Made by a program: the position numbers and the translations under genes. From assembly GCA_040390065.1 (NCBI GenBank), contig JAZJZE010000017.1, forward strand, positions 1 through 64,000: DNA of 64,000 nt, given 5' to 3'. Origin of the DNA: a bacterium. GTDB taxonomy: Archaea; Thermoplasmatota; E2; JACPAO01; JAHFTW01. Positions 1-9,082 of this stretch are shown in pieces; the first letter of the stretch is position 1, and every line of letters begins with the position of its first letter. Under the pieces are notes generated by a model. It saw only the letters and a program-made list of their open reading frames with translations, was not told the origin of the DNA and did not search any database.

Positions 1-157
1 CCCCACAGGGGAGCCACAATCCCCTATGTTAACCAGGCTACACTAACCGGGCCATGCGGATGAGAATCAGGGGACTCGGCCCCAGGCGGCTTGTCGCGCG
101 ACTTGGGGCCGACTCATAACCGTTCCGTCGGCCCTCCCAGCGTGCACAATCTCGACA

Positions 158-347
158 AACGACAGGGCCCTCATCCTGCGACGGCGGCGACATCCACGAG
201 CAGGCCCTCAAGATGCAACGCGTTTGGGAAGACACGACGGGCCCCGGCCGGGGCCGCGATGGCACGCGCGAAGCGCGACGCCGAGCGGGTTTGGCAAGCC
301 GAGCTCGCGAACGGAAGTGAGCGGCGACGGCGAGGGCCGCCGGGGCC
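158..347 (-). repeat. Dispersed ~190-bp structured element (family B), copy 1
   Basis: Reverse complement aligns with 31972-32150 and 38803-38974: GCCCCGGCGGCCCTCGCCG, CGGCTTGCCA, GCTTCGC hairpin, GCCCCGGCCGGGGC palindrome, CATCTTGAGGG..CGTGGA..CGTCG.AGGATGA..GCCCTGTCGTT. Confidence 0.85.
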
Positions 348-522
348 GGTCAATGATTGCATATGCGCATGACCCGTCGCGGCGGACCATGAATCGCGTC
401 CGCGTTCCCAGCAAACGCTACGGCGGTTCGTGCATCTGGAGATGGGAGCGTTTCGTGGTCGTCATGGCCTGCGCAGTCGCCCTCGTAATTTACCTACTCC
501 GCCGCGGCTAACGTCGGGCTTC

Positions 523-2208
523 CTACGCAACAACCGGCGTCGGCGCGGCTTCGACGACGCCTTGCCTGACTTGCTCGTCGGCGGGGAGGCTGGCCCAGCC
601 GTCGCCGAGGAAGTAGCGTGTGCGGTGGGCGTCGCGGGTCTTCTGCACGAGGCCGGCTCCAGCGAGGCGGTTGATGTGCCACGTCACGGTGCTGGCGGTG
701 ACTCCGAACGCTTCGGCGAGGTCGCATTGCGCGATGCCGGGGTTGGCGCGGATGTGTTGCGCGATGGCGGCCGTCTTGTCGTTGCGCAGCGCCGAGACGG
801 CGAGTTTCTTGCCGGAGGAGTAGTGGCCCGACTTGCGGTCGAAGAAGCGCAGGTAGCGGCCGTCGCGAACCGAGATGACGAAGCCGTTCTTCTCGAGGAC
901 GCGCAGATGGTAGTTCAGCGTCGACGTGCCGAATTCGACTTGCTCTGACAGTTGCACGAAGTTGACGCCAGGGAACGCCTTGACGCGTTCGTAGACCTCG
1001 GCGCGTCCCGCGTGTTCGAGGATGCCGTCGCCTTGCACGCGGGCGTAGCCGGCCACGATGCCGCCGCCCGTGATGCCAAGGATGGTCTTGCCGTTTGCGA
1101 CCGCCCAGGCGATGGCCGCGATGGCGGCGGCGCCGAGGCCGACTGCTGCGATGGCGGTGGCCCAATCGTAGTGCGCGGAAACGGATCCGTAGCTCACGGT
1201 CGTGATGTCGCCCTGGCCCGAGACCTGCGTCGCAGAGGCGTCGCCGTCCGTGTCGTGCGGCGTGATGGTGAAACGGCCGCCAAGGGTCAGGTCTTCGCCG
1301 CGCAGCGTGTGCGTCGTCGTCTTGCCCTTGTCCGTGATGGTGACGGTGCCTTCCATGTGCTTGAGGACCGCTTGGCCGTCGACGGCGATGGCCGGGTTCT
1401 TGGCGTAGAGGAGGCCGGCCGGGCCGGAGAAGTGCAGCGCGAACGTCGCCTTCTTGGCCTCGACGACGAGGTACTCCTTGATGTGCTCCGTGTGCGAGCC
1501 GGGGCCGCGCCACTGGTTCGTGACCGGGTCGTAGGCCTGGCCGGGCTGCTGCTCGTCGCGCTCGTAGGCCGGGATGCCGCTAGCGTCCGACGTGGAGAGG
1601 ATGTGGGCGCCCGTGACGAACAGCTTCATGGCGCCGTTCATCTGCAAGTCGCCCACGGTGGCGTGCGACGAGGTGAGTCCTGCTGGGACGGTGTACGAGA
1701 AGGGCTCCTGTTGGCTGATGAGAGCCACGTCGGCCGGGATGGGGGGCGTCTCGACGACGACGGGGGCCGCGTTGGCGCCGACCACGAGGGACGACGATTG
1801 GCCGGCGGGCGAGACCAGTTTGGCCGGGCCTGCGTAGGCGAGGATCTGGAAGGCGTCTTCGCGCCCGTCGGAGGCCAAGGCGAGGGCGACGCCGGCGAGC
1901 GGGACGTCGCGGCGGTCCACCTTCTGCTGCCAGAGGACGCGGGCGCTCGGGTCCTTGGTGTCGGCGATGTAGTACGAGCGCTCCAGGACGCGAGTCGCCG
2001 TGCCGTCGACGCTCTTCAGGGTGAACGTGACCGTCCCGCCCTTGCCCGACAGGAGGAAGTCGCCGTCGCTGGCGGAGACCGTGTGGGCGCCCGTGATTTG
2101 GAAGGGGTATGCGGCGTGGCCCCGGATCGTGCCATCGGCAGCCATGGCGGGGGCCGCCAATGCGACCGAAAGCCCCAGCGCCAACACGGCGACCAATGTC
2201 ATCCTCAT
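523..2208 (-). CDS. Membrane-anchored winged-helix transcriptional regulator (signal peptide, large extracellular domain, TM, tandem wHTH)
   Basis: N-terminal signal peptide MRMTLVAVLALGLSVALAAPAMA; hydrophobic segment; C-terminal LEHAGRAEVYERVKAFPGV..TLNYHLRVLE and a second HTH (NPGIAQCDLA..TVTWHINRL). Confidence 0.8.
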   Translation of the reverse strand: MRMTLVAVLALGLSVALAAPAMAADGTIRGHAAYPFQITGAHTVSASDGDFLLSGKGGTVTFTLKSVDGTATRVLERSYYIADTKDPSARVLWQQKVDRRDVPLAGVALALASDGREDAFQILAYAGPAKLVSPAGQSSSLVVGANAAPVVVETPPIPADVALISQQEPFSYTVPAGLTSSHATVGDLQMNGAMKLFVTGAHILSTSDASGIPAYERDEQQPGQAYDPVTNQWRGPGSHTEHIKEYLVVEAKKATFALHFSGPAGLLYAKNPAIAVDGQAVLKHMEGTVTITDKGKTTTHTLRGEDLTLGGRFTITPHDTDGDASATQVSGQGDITTVSYGSVSAHYDWATAIAAVGLGAAAIAAIAWAVANGKTILGITGGGIVAGYARVQGDGILEHAGRAEVYERVKAFPGVNFVQLSEQVEFGTSTLNYHLRVLEKNGFVISVRDGRYLRFFDRKSGHYSSGKKLAVSALRNDKTAAIAQHIRANPGIAQCDLAEAFGVTASTVTWHINRLAGAGLVQKTRDAHRTRYFLGDGWASLPADEQVRQGVVEAAPTPVVA

Positions 2209-2308
2209 AGGTGCCGAACCCCCTTCCAGCGTTCTAAAGCTTATTGGCGGCGCTGTGAAAGGCCCAAGTGAACGCGGCAAGGCCGTTTCTGGCCCATTTC
2301 ACGGCGTT

Positions 2309-2977
2309 TTAGGCCAGTTTCTTCTGGGTTCCCCGCACCGCGGCAATGGCCTTGCCGTAGTCCTTGGCGCCGAAGACGAAAGAACCCGCCACGGCGACCG
2401 TCGCCCCCGCCTTCTCGATGATGCGGGCGGTCTCGGCGTTGACGCCGCCGTCCACCTGGATGTCCAGAGGCGAGTCGCGGCCGGCGGCCTTCGCCATCGC
2501 CTTGATGCGCGAAATCTTCGGCACGACCGACTCGATGAAGGCCTGTCCACCGAAACCAGGGTTGACCGTCATGACGAGTGCCAGGTCGATGTCGCGGATG
2601 ACCGCCTCGAGGATGGATTCGTTGGTGGTGGGATTGAGGCTCACGCCAGCCCGCTTGCCGAGGCCCTTGATCTGCTGGACGTTCCGGTGCAGGTGCGGAC
2701 AGGCCTCGGCATGGACCGTGATGGAATCAGCGCCCGCAGCCGCGAACTCCGGCACGAACTTCTCCGGCTCGACGATCATGAGGTGGCAGTCGAGGAGCAG
2801 TTTCGTGTGCGGCCGGATGGAGCGCAGGACGGGTGGCCCAATGGTGAGGTTGGGGACGAAGCGCCCGTCCATGACGTCGACGTGCAGCCAATCCGCGCCA
2901 GCCTTCTCCACGGCCGCAATCTCGGCGCCGAGTTTCGCGAAGTCGGCAGAGAGGATGGAGGGCGCAACCTTGAGCAC
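2309..2977 (-). CDS. rpe: Ribulose-phosphate 3-epimerase
   Basis: APSILSADF, HVDVMDGRFVPNLT, DCHLM, MTVNPGFGGQ, QVDGGVN motifs. Confidence 0.97.
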   Translation of the reverse strand: MLKVAPSILSADFAKLGAEIAAVEKAGADWLHVDVMDGRFVPNLTIGPPVLRSIRPHTKLLLDCHLMIVEPEKFVPEFAAAGADSITVHAEACPHLHRNVQQIKGLGKRAGVSLNPTTNESILEAVIRDIDLALVMTVNPGFGGQAFIESVVPKISRIKAMAKAAGRDSPLDIQVDGGVNAETARIIEKAGATVAVAGSFVFGAKDYGKAIAAVRGTQKKLA

Positions 2978-2999
2978 GATTGGTCGATGGAGAGGAGGG

Positions 3000-3503
3000 T
3001 TATGAGGGGGACGGCGCGGCGGACGACGCCAGTGGACGCCCGAACCAGGCCTTCGCCGACGGCAGCATCAAGAGGGAACCGACGGCCAGGGCTGCAAGCG
3101 ACGATTCCACATTCATCGCCACGTCGCGGGGGAAACGCAACGCGACGGACGCGGCCCACACCCAGAGCCCCGCCCATGCGGCAACGCGTGCCCATGGACG
3201 CCCCTTTGCCAGCCCGTGGGCCACGCCGAACGAGGGGATCGCCCCCAACAAGAACCATGCCGCGGAAGCTGAGTGCGGAATCAACAAGCCGAGGCCAAGG
3301 CCGCCAAACACCACGCCCGCGACGACGAAGTAGGCCACGACCACGGAGACGACGATAGGCCGCCGACGGATGGGCAGGGCTGGCGCTGCGGCGCCGACGC
3401 CGGCAGCCTCGTTCTCCACGTTTGCTCCAGGGGGGCGCGACGGTTGGACGTTGCGGTCGCTGGGTGGAACGGCTACGGGTACGGGTCGATCGGCTCCTTG
3501 CAT
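3000..3503 (-). CDS. Hypothetical membrane protein
   Basis: About 4 hydrophobic segments; co-oriented with neighbours; start uncertain. Confidence 0.6.
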   Translation of the reverse strand: MQGADRPVPVAVPPSDRNVQPSRPPGANVENEAAGVGAAAPALPIRRRPIVVSVVVAYFVVAGVVFGGLGLGLLIPHSASAAWFLLGAIPSFGVAHGLAKGRPWARVAAWAGLWVWAASVALRFPRDVAMNVESSLAALAVGSLLMLPSAKAWFGRPLASSAAPSPS

Positions 3504-4372
3504 TGGTCGTCGGCGAAACGGTAGAGCGTACCTTCGACGTCGCCGGAGGAATAGAGGTCGCCGTCGCCTGGGTAGGGGTCGCCCATTTTGGATAGGAGCA
3601 TTGGAGGGCGCATGTGGCCGGGGGTGAGAACGGCTTCGGGCAGGTAGCCGCTCAAGGTCTGCTGCATGTCAAGGAGCGAGACGCGGCCTTGTGCAACCCA
3701 GGCAATCCGTTCCCGGGCAGAACCGTGCGTTTCGTAGCCAAGGGCAATCGTCGTTGCCACGTCCGACGGCTGTCCGGTCTCTGGCCGCCAAGACCAGTTT
3801 GCTGTGAACGTGAGCCCCGGGGTTCCCGCCGTTTGCATGGTGATGGCCGACAGATGAACCGGCAAGGACAGGTTGCTTGCCAGGAACGTCGCGACCTGCG
3901 GGTCATCCACCCAGATGCTGTTGAGGACCTGGAAGTATTCGTAGGAACCCTTCGTGCAACTCGCAGGGGGCGTCATGTTGGTGTGCAGTTCGAGGATCAT
4001 TTTCAGCGGACGTTCGAATGGTCCCCAGTTGAACCGTTCGCAGGAGAGCAAGTACAACGAAAGGTCGCTGCCGACGCCGCCCTGGTCGGCGGACCAGTTT
4101 GCAGGCGGCCTGGCGGGATTGGTATCGGCCGGCCACGTCACGCCCGTCGTCATGTATTGACAGCGATTCCATGTCGTGGCGTTGGTCGTCACCCAGGGTG
4201 CGGGTGGCGGCAGGTTGGGCGCCGTCGAGGCTCCCGTCGACGAAGATGGCGGTGGAGTCGTCGTTGGCGACGGCGACGTCGAGCCGGTGCCTGGCCGTTC
4301 AGGCTGCACGCACCCAGTAATCAGCACGAAAGCGACAAGGATGGGTGGCAGGAGCGTGCGATGGTCTAGCAA
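3473..4372 (-). CDS. Hypothetical lipoprotein
   Basis: Lipobox-like VLITGC followed by a Ser/Thr/Pro linker. Confidence 0.7.
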   Translation of the reverse strand: MLDHRTLLPPILVAFVLITGCVQPERPGTGSTSPSPTTTPPPSSSTGASTAPNLPPPAPWVTTNATTWNRCQYMTTGVTWPADTNPARPPANWSADQGGVGSDLSLYLLSCERFNWGPFERPLKMILELHTNMTPPASCTKGSYEYFQVLNSIWVDDPQVATFLASNLSLPVHLSAITMQTAGTPGLTFTANWSWRPETGQPSDVATTIALGYETHGSARERIAWVAQGRVSLLDMQQTLSGYLPEAVLTPGHMRPPMLLSKMGDPYPGDGDLYSSGDVEGTLYRFADDQCKEPIDPYP

Positions 4373-4869
4373 TGGGGTGCCCCCGACGCGGAGGCCGCTC
4401 GCAGGCGGTAGGCCCCCAACCCGAAGGTTCCGAGGTCACGCTCCACGCCGCCGCTATCAATCATGAAGTCGACTCCATAGTACCCGCCTCCGGTCGATAT
4501 GAAGGTCGGCCGCACGGACGTCCTGAACGTTTCCTGGGAGAAGACCCAGAACTCGACGCAGTAGAAGCCGTCCAGGCAGGTCGCCACGTCGTCGTACGCG
4601 GTTGTCGGTCCGGGCGTTTGTTCGGCCCATTTGTTCACGACGCCGATTAGGCAGCCAATGGTGGTGTTTCCAACGTCGCTCGGGCAATCGTCGACGAGGG
4701 GCACGGTCGGCGCCAGGCACGGCGCGCTCTGCAGAACGTCCGTGATTGTGACGATGGCGTTGACCAATTCGTTCACGCTGGGAGGCGAAAGCGGGCTTCC
4801 GGCGTCGGCCGCGGGAATCGGGGCAACGGAGACAAGCAAGGCGGTCATGGCAATCGGCAGGGCACGCAT
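4366..4869 (-). CDS. Hypothetical secreted Cys-containing protein
   Basis: Signal peptide MRALPIAMTALLVSVAPIPAA; overlaps the next gene start. Confidence 0.55.
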   Translation of the reverse strand: MRALPIAMTALLVSVAPIPAADAGSPLSPPSVNELVNAIVTITDVLQSAPCLAPTVPLVDDCPSDVGNTTIGCLIGVVNKWAEQTPGPTTAYDDVATCLDGFYCVEFWVFSQETFRTSVRPTFISTGGGYYGVDFMIDSGGVERDLGTFGLGAYRLRAASASGAPHC

Positions 4870-5129
4870 CGAGTTCACTTTGTACACCATTCTCTTGGGC
4901 TTCTTAGCCTGCGTCGGACAGTGGTTGGTCTTGGCCCTTCCGACAGGAGGGGATGCGCGGGCTCGCCTTGCTCTGGCAATACATGAAGTCGTCGGCGCGG
5001 CGCCACTCTGCCGATAGCGATTTTCGGGAAATCGCTAACGCTCGGTGCCGCACCCTGCCTGAGGCGGCCGGCTGCTGCGGGCGCCAAGGCCAGCCCAGCG
5101 ACGCCGGCCTCCCCGATTCTCGGATTCCT

Positions 5130-5978
5130 TCAAATGGTCCGCAATCCCGGCTCCAGGGGAAACGCAGCGTCGAGCGTCGTCACCGCGTCTTTGGGTAACT
5201 CGAAGTCGCCGCCGGCGTTCTCCACGACGTGCTCCGCCTTCTCGGCTTTGGGAATCGTGAAGACGGATGGGTCGCGGGTGAGGAACGCAAGGGCGACTTG
5301 CCGCGGCGTCTTGCCAACCTGCTTGGCCACCTTGTCAAGCGCGGCCAGTCTCTTGTGGTCCTTGACCCATCGGCCGGCGCCAAACGGGGAGTACGCGACG
5401 AGGGCCACGCCGTTTTGCTTACACCACGGCAGCACATCCGATTCGCAGCCGCGGTCCTCGAGGTGGTAGTAGACTTGGTTCGCAGCGAGTTTCCTCGTCC
5501 CGAGGGCCGACTTGACTTCGTCGAGGCCGTCGACGTCGAAGTTGGAGACGCCGATGTGTCGGACCCAGCCTGCGTCCACGAGGTCGCCCATCGTCGCCAT
5601 CGTGTCCGCGACGGGATGGGGCCCGGGCCAGTGCAGGTAGTAGAGGTCGAGGTGGTCCGTCTGGAGGCGCACGAGGGAATCCTTGCAGGCCGAGCGAGTG
5701 CCCTTGCGCGACGCGTTGCCGGGCTTGACTTTGCTTGCCAGGAAAACGGAGTCGCGCATCGGCCGCCCATCGGCGCCCGGCGTGGACAGAAGTTCACCAA
5801 GCGCCGTCTCCGAGCCGGAGTTCTCCTCGTACAACTCGGCCGTGTCGATGTGCGTCATGCCGAGCCGGATGCCTTCCCCGATGGAGGGCTCGGCCTTGCG
5901 CGCGTTGGCCAGTCGCCACGTGCCTTGGCCAACAACGGCGACGGGTGTGCCAGCGGGACCGAATGGACGCATCCTCAT
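5130..5978 (-). CDS. Aldo/keto reductase
   Basis: GQGTW, IDTAELY, LASKV, DLYYLHWP, IGVSNF, AYSPFG, IPKA motifs. Confidence 0.95.
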   Translation of the reverse strand: MRMRPFGPAGTPVAVVGQGTWRLANARKAEPSIGEGIRLGMTHIDTAELYEENSGSETALGELLSTPGADGRPMRDSVFLASKVKPGNASRKGTRSACKDSLVRLQTDHLDLYYLHWPGPHPVADTMATMGDLVDAGWVRHIGVSNFDVDGLDEVKSALGTRKLAANQVYYHLEDRGCESDVLPWCKQNGVALVAYSPFGAGRWVKDHKRLAALDKVAKQVGKTPRQVALAFLTRDPSVFTIPKAEKAEHVVENAGGDFELPKDAVTTLDAAFPLEPGLRTI

Positions 5979-6021
5979 GCGACGGCGCAGGAGCCGGTGG
6001 GCTAGAACCATTCGGGCCGCG

Positions 6022-6567
6022 TCACGGCCAGGTGATGGTAAGCACGTACGGCTCGTTGGCGGCGATGTCCGCGACGACCTGGGCCTTCGTGGCGTGCGCC
6101 GGAAGGAAGCCTACGTGTTCCTCGTGCAGGGCGGTCCCGTGCTCGTCGAACCAGTGCACGCAGACGCCGTGCGCCGCGTGCCCCGTCATGTTGAGCGCGT
6201 ACGTCGTGCCGTGCTGGACCTCGTGCAGCAGGTCGTGCACGGGGCTCTGCGGCGGAGGCGCGACCGGGAAGGTGGCGATCTCGTTGCACTGCCCGAGCGA
6301 CGTCGCGTTGCCGGTGAAGTGGATGCTGTGGTGGACGCAGTGGTGCGGCGGGCAGGCCTCGTGCGGCGCGGTGCCGTTGTGGTGCGCCGTGGCGTTCTGG
6401 TGGTGCTCGGGGGGCGCGGTGCCGTTGGGGTGATGCGGCGAGGGCTGCCCAGGCGGTGGCGACGAACTGGCGGGCCCGAACGGCACCAACTCGGGTCGCG
6501 CCACGGCGACGGCGACGCCCGCGGCGAGGATGAAGGCCAAGGCGATGGCGAGGACGGCGGGGCGCAT
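6022..6567 (-). CDS. Secreted His-rich hypothetical protein
   Basis: Signal peptide and many His residues (HHPNG, EHHQN, HHCVHHSIH). Confidence 0.65.
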   Translation of the reverse strand: MRPAVLAIALAFILAAGVAVAVARPELVPFGPASSSPPPGQPSPHHPNGTAPPEHHQNATAHHNGTAPHEACPPHHCVHHSIHFTGNATSLGQCNEIATFPVAPPPQSPVHDLLHEVQHGTTYALNMTGHAAHGVCVHWFDEHGTALHEEHVGFLPAHATKAQVVADIAANEPYVLTITWP

Positions 6568-6620
6568 GCTCAGCCGAGGACGCGGGCCGGCTCCCTTAAC
6601 CTTGCCGAGCAGGTGGTCGG

Positions 6621-7076
6621 CTACGGGCCAAGGTCCAAGGCCTTGATGGGCGCCATCGCCAGTTCCGGGTTCTTCCTCCAGTCCACGCCCGGGTTGTCGC
6701 AGTACAACTCGACCTCGTTGCCGTCGGGGTCATGCAGGTACAACGACCAGCTCACCGTGTGGTCGGACGCACCGTCGACGGTGACGCCCGCCTTGCGCAA
6801 GTCCGCAATAGCGGCCTTGAGTTCGGCCTTCGATTCGCCGATCTTGATGCCGATGTGGTACAATCCCCGCCGCCGCGGCGCAGGCCCCGGCAGGTCGCCG
6901 ACCTCGATGAGGAGAAGCTCGTGGTGGGTGCGATGGGCGCCGCCGACGAGGGCCGCGGCCTTGCCCCCGAAGGCGCCGCCGATCACCTTGAAGCCCAACG
7001 TGTCGCGGTAGAAGCGCAGGCTCGCCTCGAGGTTGCGCACATAGAAGACGGCGTGGCCGAGTTCGACGGCTTGCAC
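6621..7076 (-). CDS. VOC/glyoxalase family protein
   Basis: LGHAVFYVRNLEASLRFYRDTLGF, HHELLL, GLYHIG, SLYLHDPDGNEVELY. Confidence 0.92.
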   Translation of the reverse strand: MQAVELGHAVFYVRNLEASLRFYRDTLGFKVIGGAFGGKAAALVGGAHRTHHELLLIEVGDLPGPAPRRRGLYHIGIKIGESKAELKAAIADLRKAGVTVDGASDHTVSWSLYLHDPDGNEVELYCDNPGVDWRKNPELAMAPIKALDLGP

Positions 7077-7122
7077 GCGCTCCGCGAGGGCGACGATGGT
7101 TTTCGCGTTTGGCTTGGGGCAG

Positions 7123-8181
7123 TCAGGACGGAATCGCGTCGGCGGCGACGCCCGCGTGCCGCTCGAGGCCGTAGCGCTTGTCGATGATGAGCACATCGAC
7201 GGGGCCGCTCTGCCGGCTGGCAAACGACGCCGAGAAGCCCGTGGCGTGCATTGTCCCCCAGGTCCAATAGACCTCCGGGTCGCCCCAGGGAAAATGGATT
7301 GGGGGGATGGAGAAGACGAAGCCCGAGCCCATGCGCGTCGCGCTCGGCGTGGTGTCCGGCAGTTGGACGTCCCACCACTCCCCGGGCCGCCAGGCCAGGG
7401 TTGTTGCTCCCAGCAAGAGCGCGTGATCACCCATCCAGACGATGGGCCGGCGGCCGACGGCGACCGGGGCTGCTTCCGCCGAGATCTGCCAGACGCCGCG
7501 GGCGATGTCGGGGTGCCAGACGTGCCGCCCAATGTCCGTGCACGTGGGCATGTGGACGTCGTCACCCAGGATGTACAACTCATCGCCTGATACCGCCGCC
7601 GCCTGGATGCGCAGGCATGGCTTGCCGTGGAACGTCTGGATCTGTCCGTCCGCGTTGGGCCACGTGATGTCGTAGCTGACCTCGTACTGGCGGGTGGCGC
7701 CGGCGACCGTGAGGTGAGATGCTTCCCGGGGGCCAGGCATATGGTCGGTCGCAAGCCACCAGCCATATCGGCTCGCCTTGGCATCCGGCCCGATGTCGTA
7801 CCGCGTCACGTTGAAGGCCACGTGCAGCCCGTCGCCGTGGCAGCCAGGAAAGTCGTTGCACGGGACGGCGTACATCCAGGACTCGTCGGTTCTCGTGTAG
7901 CCGCGCCACGTGCCGTTCCACACTACGCGCGTCCAGTCGTCGGCCTTGGCGGGGCGGTCAGACGAGGCCACGGCGCCCGAGGCGACGTTCCAGACCCAGA
8001 TGCGGTCACCGACCACGACGATATCGTCGCCATGACGCGTTGCCAGAGTCGCGTTGGGAAAGGATGGCGCATCGACGTCGTGCCATCCAGGGGCGCTGGA
8101 CGACGGCCCCTTGTACGGGTGGGCCGGCGCGGCGCAGCCGGCCACGAAGAGGACGACGAAGGATACGGCGAGCCAGCGCAC
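7123..8181 (-). CDS. Hypothetical lipoprotein
   Basis: MRWLAVSFVVLFVAGC lipobox. Confidence 0.7.
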   Translation of the reverse strand: MRWLAVSFVVLFVAGCAAPAHPYKGPSSSAPGWHDVDAPSFPNATLATRHGDDIVVVGDRIWVWNVASGAVASSDRPAKADDWTRVVWNGTWRGYTRTDESWMYAVPCNDFPGCHGDGLHVAFNVTRYDIGPDAKASRYGWWLATDHMPGPREASHLTVAGATRQYEVSYDITWPNADGQIQTFHGKPCLRIQAAAVSGDELYILGDDVHMPTCTDIGRHVWHPDIARGVWQISAEAAPVAVGRRPIVWMGDHALLLGATTLAWRPGEWWDVQLPDTTPSATRMGSGFVFSIPPIHFPWGDPEVYWTWGTMHATGFSASFASRQSGPVDVLIIDKRYGLERHAGVAADAIPS

Positions 8182-8236
8182 GAGAGTGCAAGCGGGCCAG
8201 CCCTCATGGAACTTCGCGTATCGTTGGGCCAGTGGC

Positions 8237-9082
8237 CTACGATGTCACGTCACGCCGGGCGAACAGGATGCCCGAGGCAATCAGGAATGCGGCCGTGTAC
8301 GCGGCGACGGCGACGCAAGCCCATCCGGCCGGCAGCAGGCTCGTCTGGGCGTTGGCCGAACTGCCCCACCCAACGAAGGATTGCAGGGCCTGGCCGGGAA
8401 GCCACTTGGTGGCGCCCTTGAGGGCAAACGCCAGGATGCCTTCGACGAGAAGCGTGTAGCCGATGCCGATGCCGATGGCGGGCGGCGCGGCACGCAGCAG
8501 CACGGCGAGGAAGGTGCCCATGGCGCCCCAGGCCATCGCTGCCGCGGCGACGCGCAGCACGAGCATGGTTCCGTCGAGCGCCGCGTGGGCCGTCCACCAG
8601 GCCGACGTATCGATGCCTTTCGCCTTGGCGATGAGGATGACGAGGGCGGTCTGCAGGACAAAGGCCACCAGGACGGCGCCGATCACCAGGGCCGCCAACG
8701 CGAGGACCTTGCCGGCGAGCACCCGGAGGCGCCGCGGTTCCTGGCTGAACAGCACCTTCAGGGTCCCTTGGCCGTATTCGCTGCCGAAGCTCTGGGCAAA
8801 GACGACGAGGCAGACGACGCCGATAATCTGGGCCGCGAATTGGAACGCCGTGGCAAAGCCGTCTGCCTTTTCCAGGGTCTCGAAGCTGATGCCGGGGCCG
8901 TTGCGGCCACCCGCTTGGCCGGCGCTGGCGATGGCGTCGGCCACGATCTGGGCTTGCGGTTTGGCGGTCGCGAACAGGATCGTGGCGATGAGCAGCGACA
9001 TGCCGACGATGATGCCGAATGTGCCAAGAAGCATGCCGCGGCGGCGCAACTTGTACGATTCGGCACGCAGGGCGTTCATCAT
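8237..9082 (-). CDS. ABC-2 type transporter permease
   Basis: MMNALRAESYKL, GSEYGQGTLK, KVLAL, C-terminal FARRDV; ATGA overlap with the ATPase stop. Confidence 0.92.
   Translation of the reverse strand: MMNALRAESYKLRRRGMLLGTFGIIVGMSLLIATILFATAKPQAQIVADAIASAGQAGGRNGPGISFETLEKADGFATAFQFAAQIIGVVCLVVFAQSFGSEYGQGTLKVLFSQEPRRLRVLAGKVLALAALVIGAVLVAFVLQTALVILIAKAKGIDTSAWWTAHAALDGTMLVLRVAAAAMAWGAMGTFLAVLLRAAPPAIGIGIGYTLLVEGILAFALKGATKWLPGQALQSFVGWGSSANAQTSLLPAGWACVAVAAYTAAFLIASGILFARRDVTS

Noticed and set aside
389-511. Short plus-strand ORF ending in a hydrophobic stretch (VALVIYLLRRG)
   Set aside because: Too short, and no motif supports a gene call.
5015-5037. Hairpin TAGCGATTT-TCGGG-AAATCGCTA
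   Set aside because: A single 9-bp stem not seen elsewhere in the window. It could be an operator or terminator, but the evidence is insufficient.
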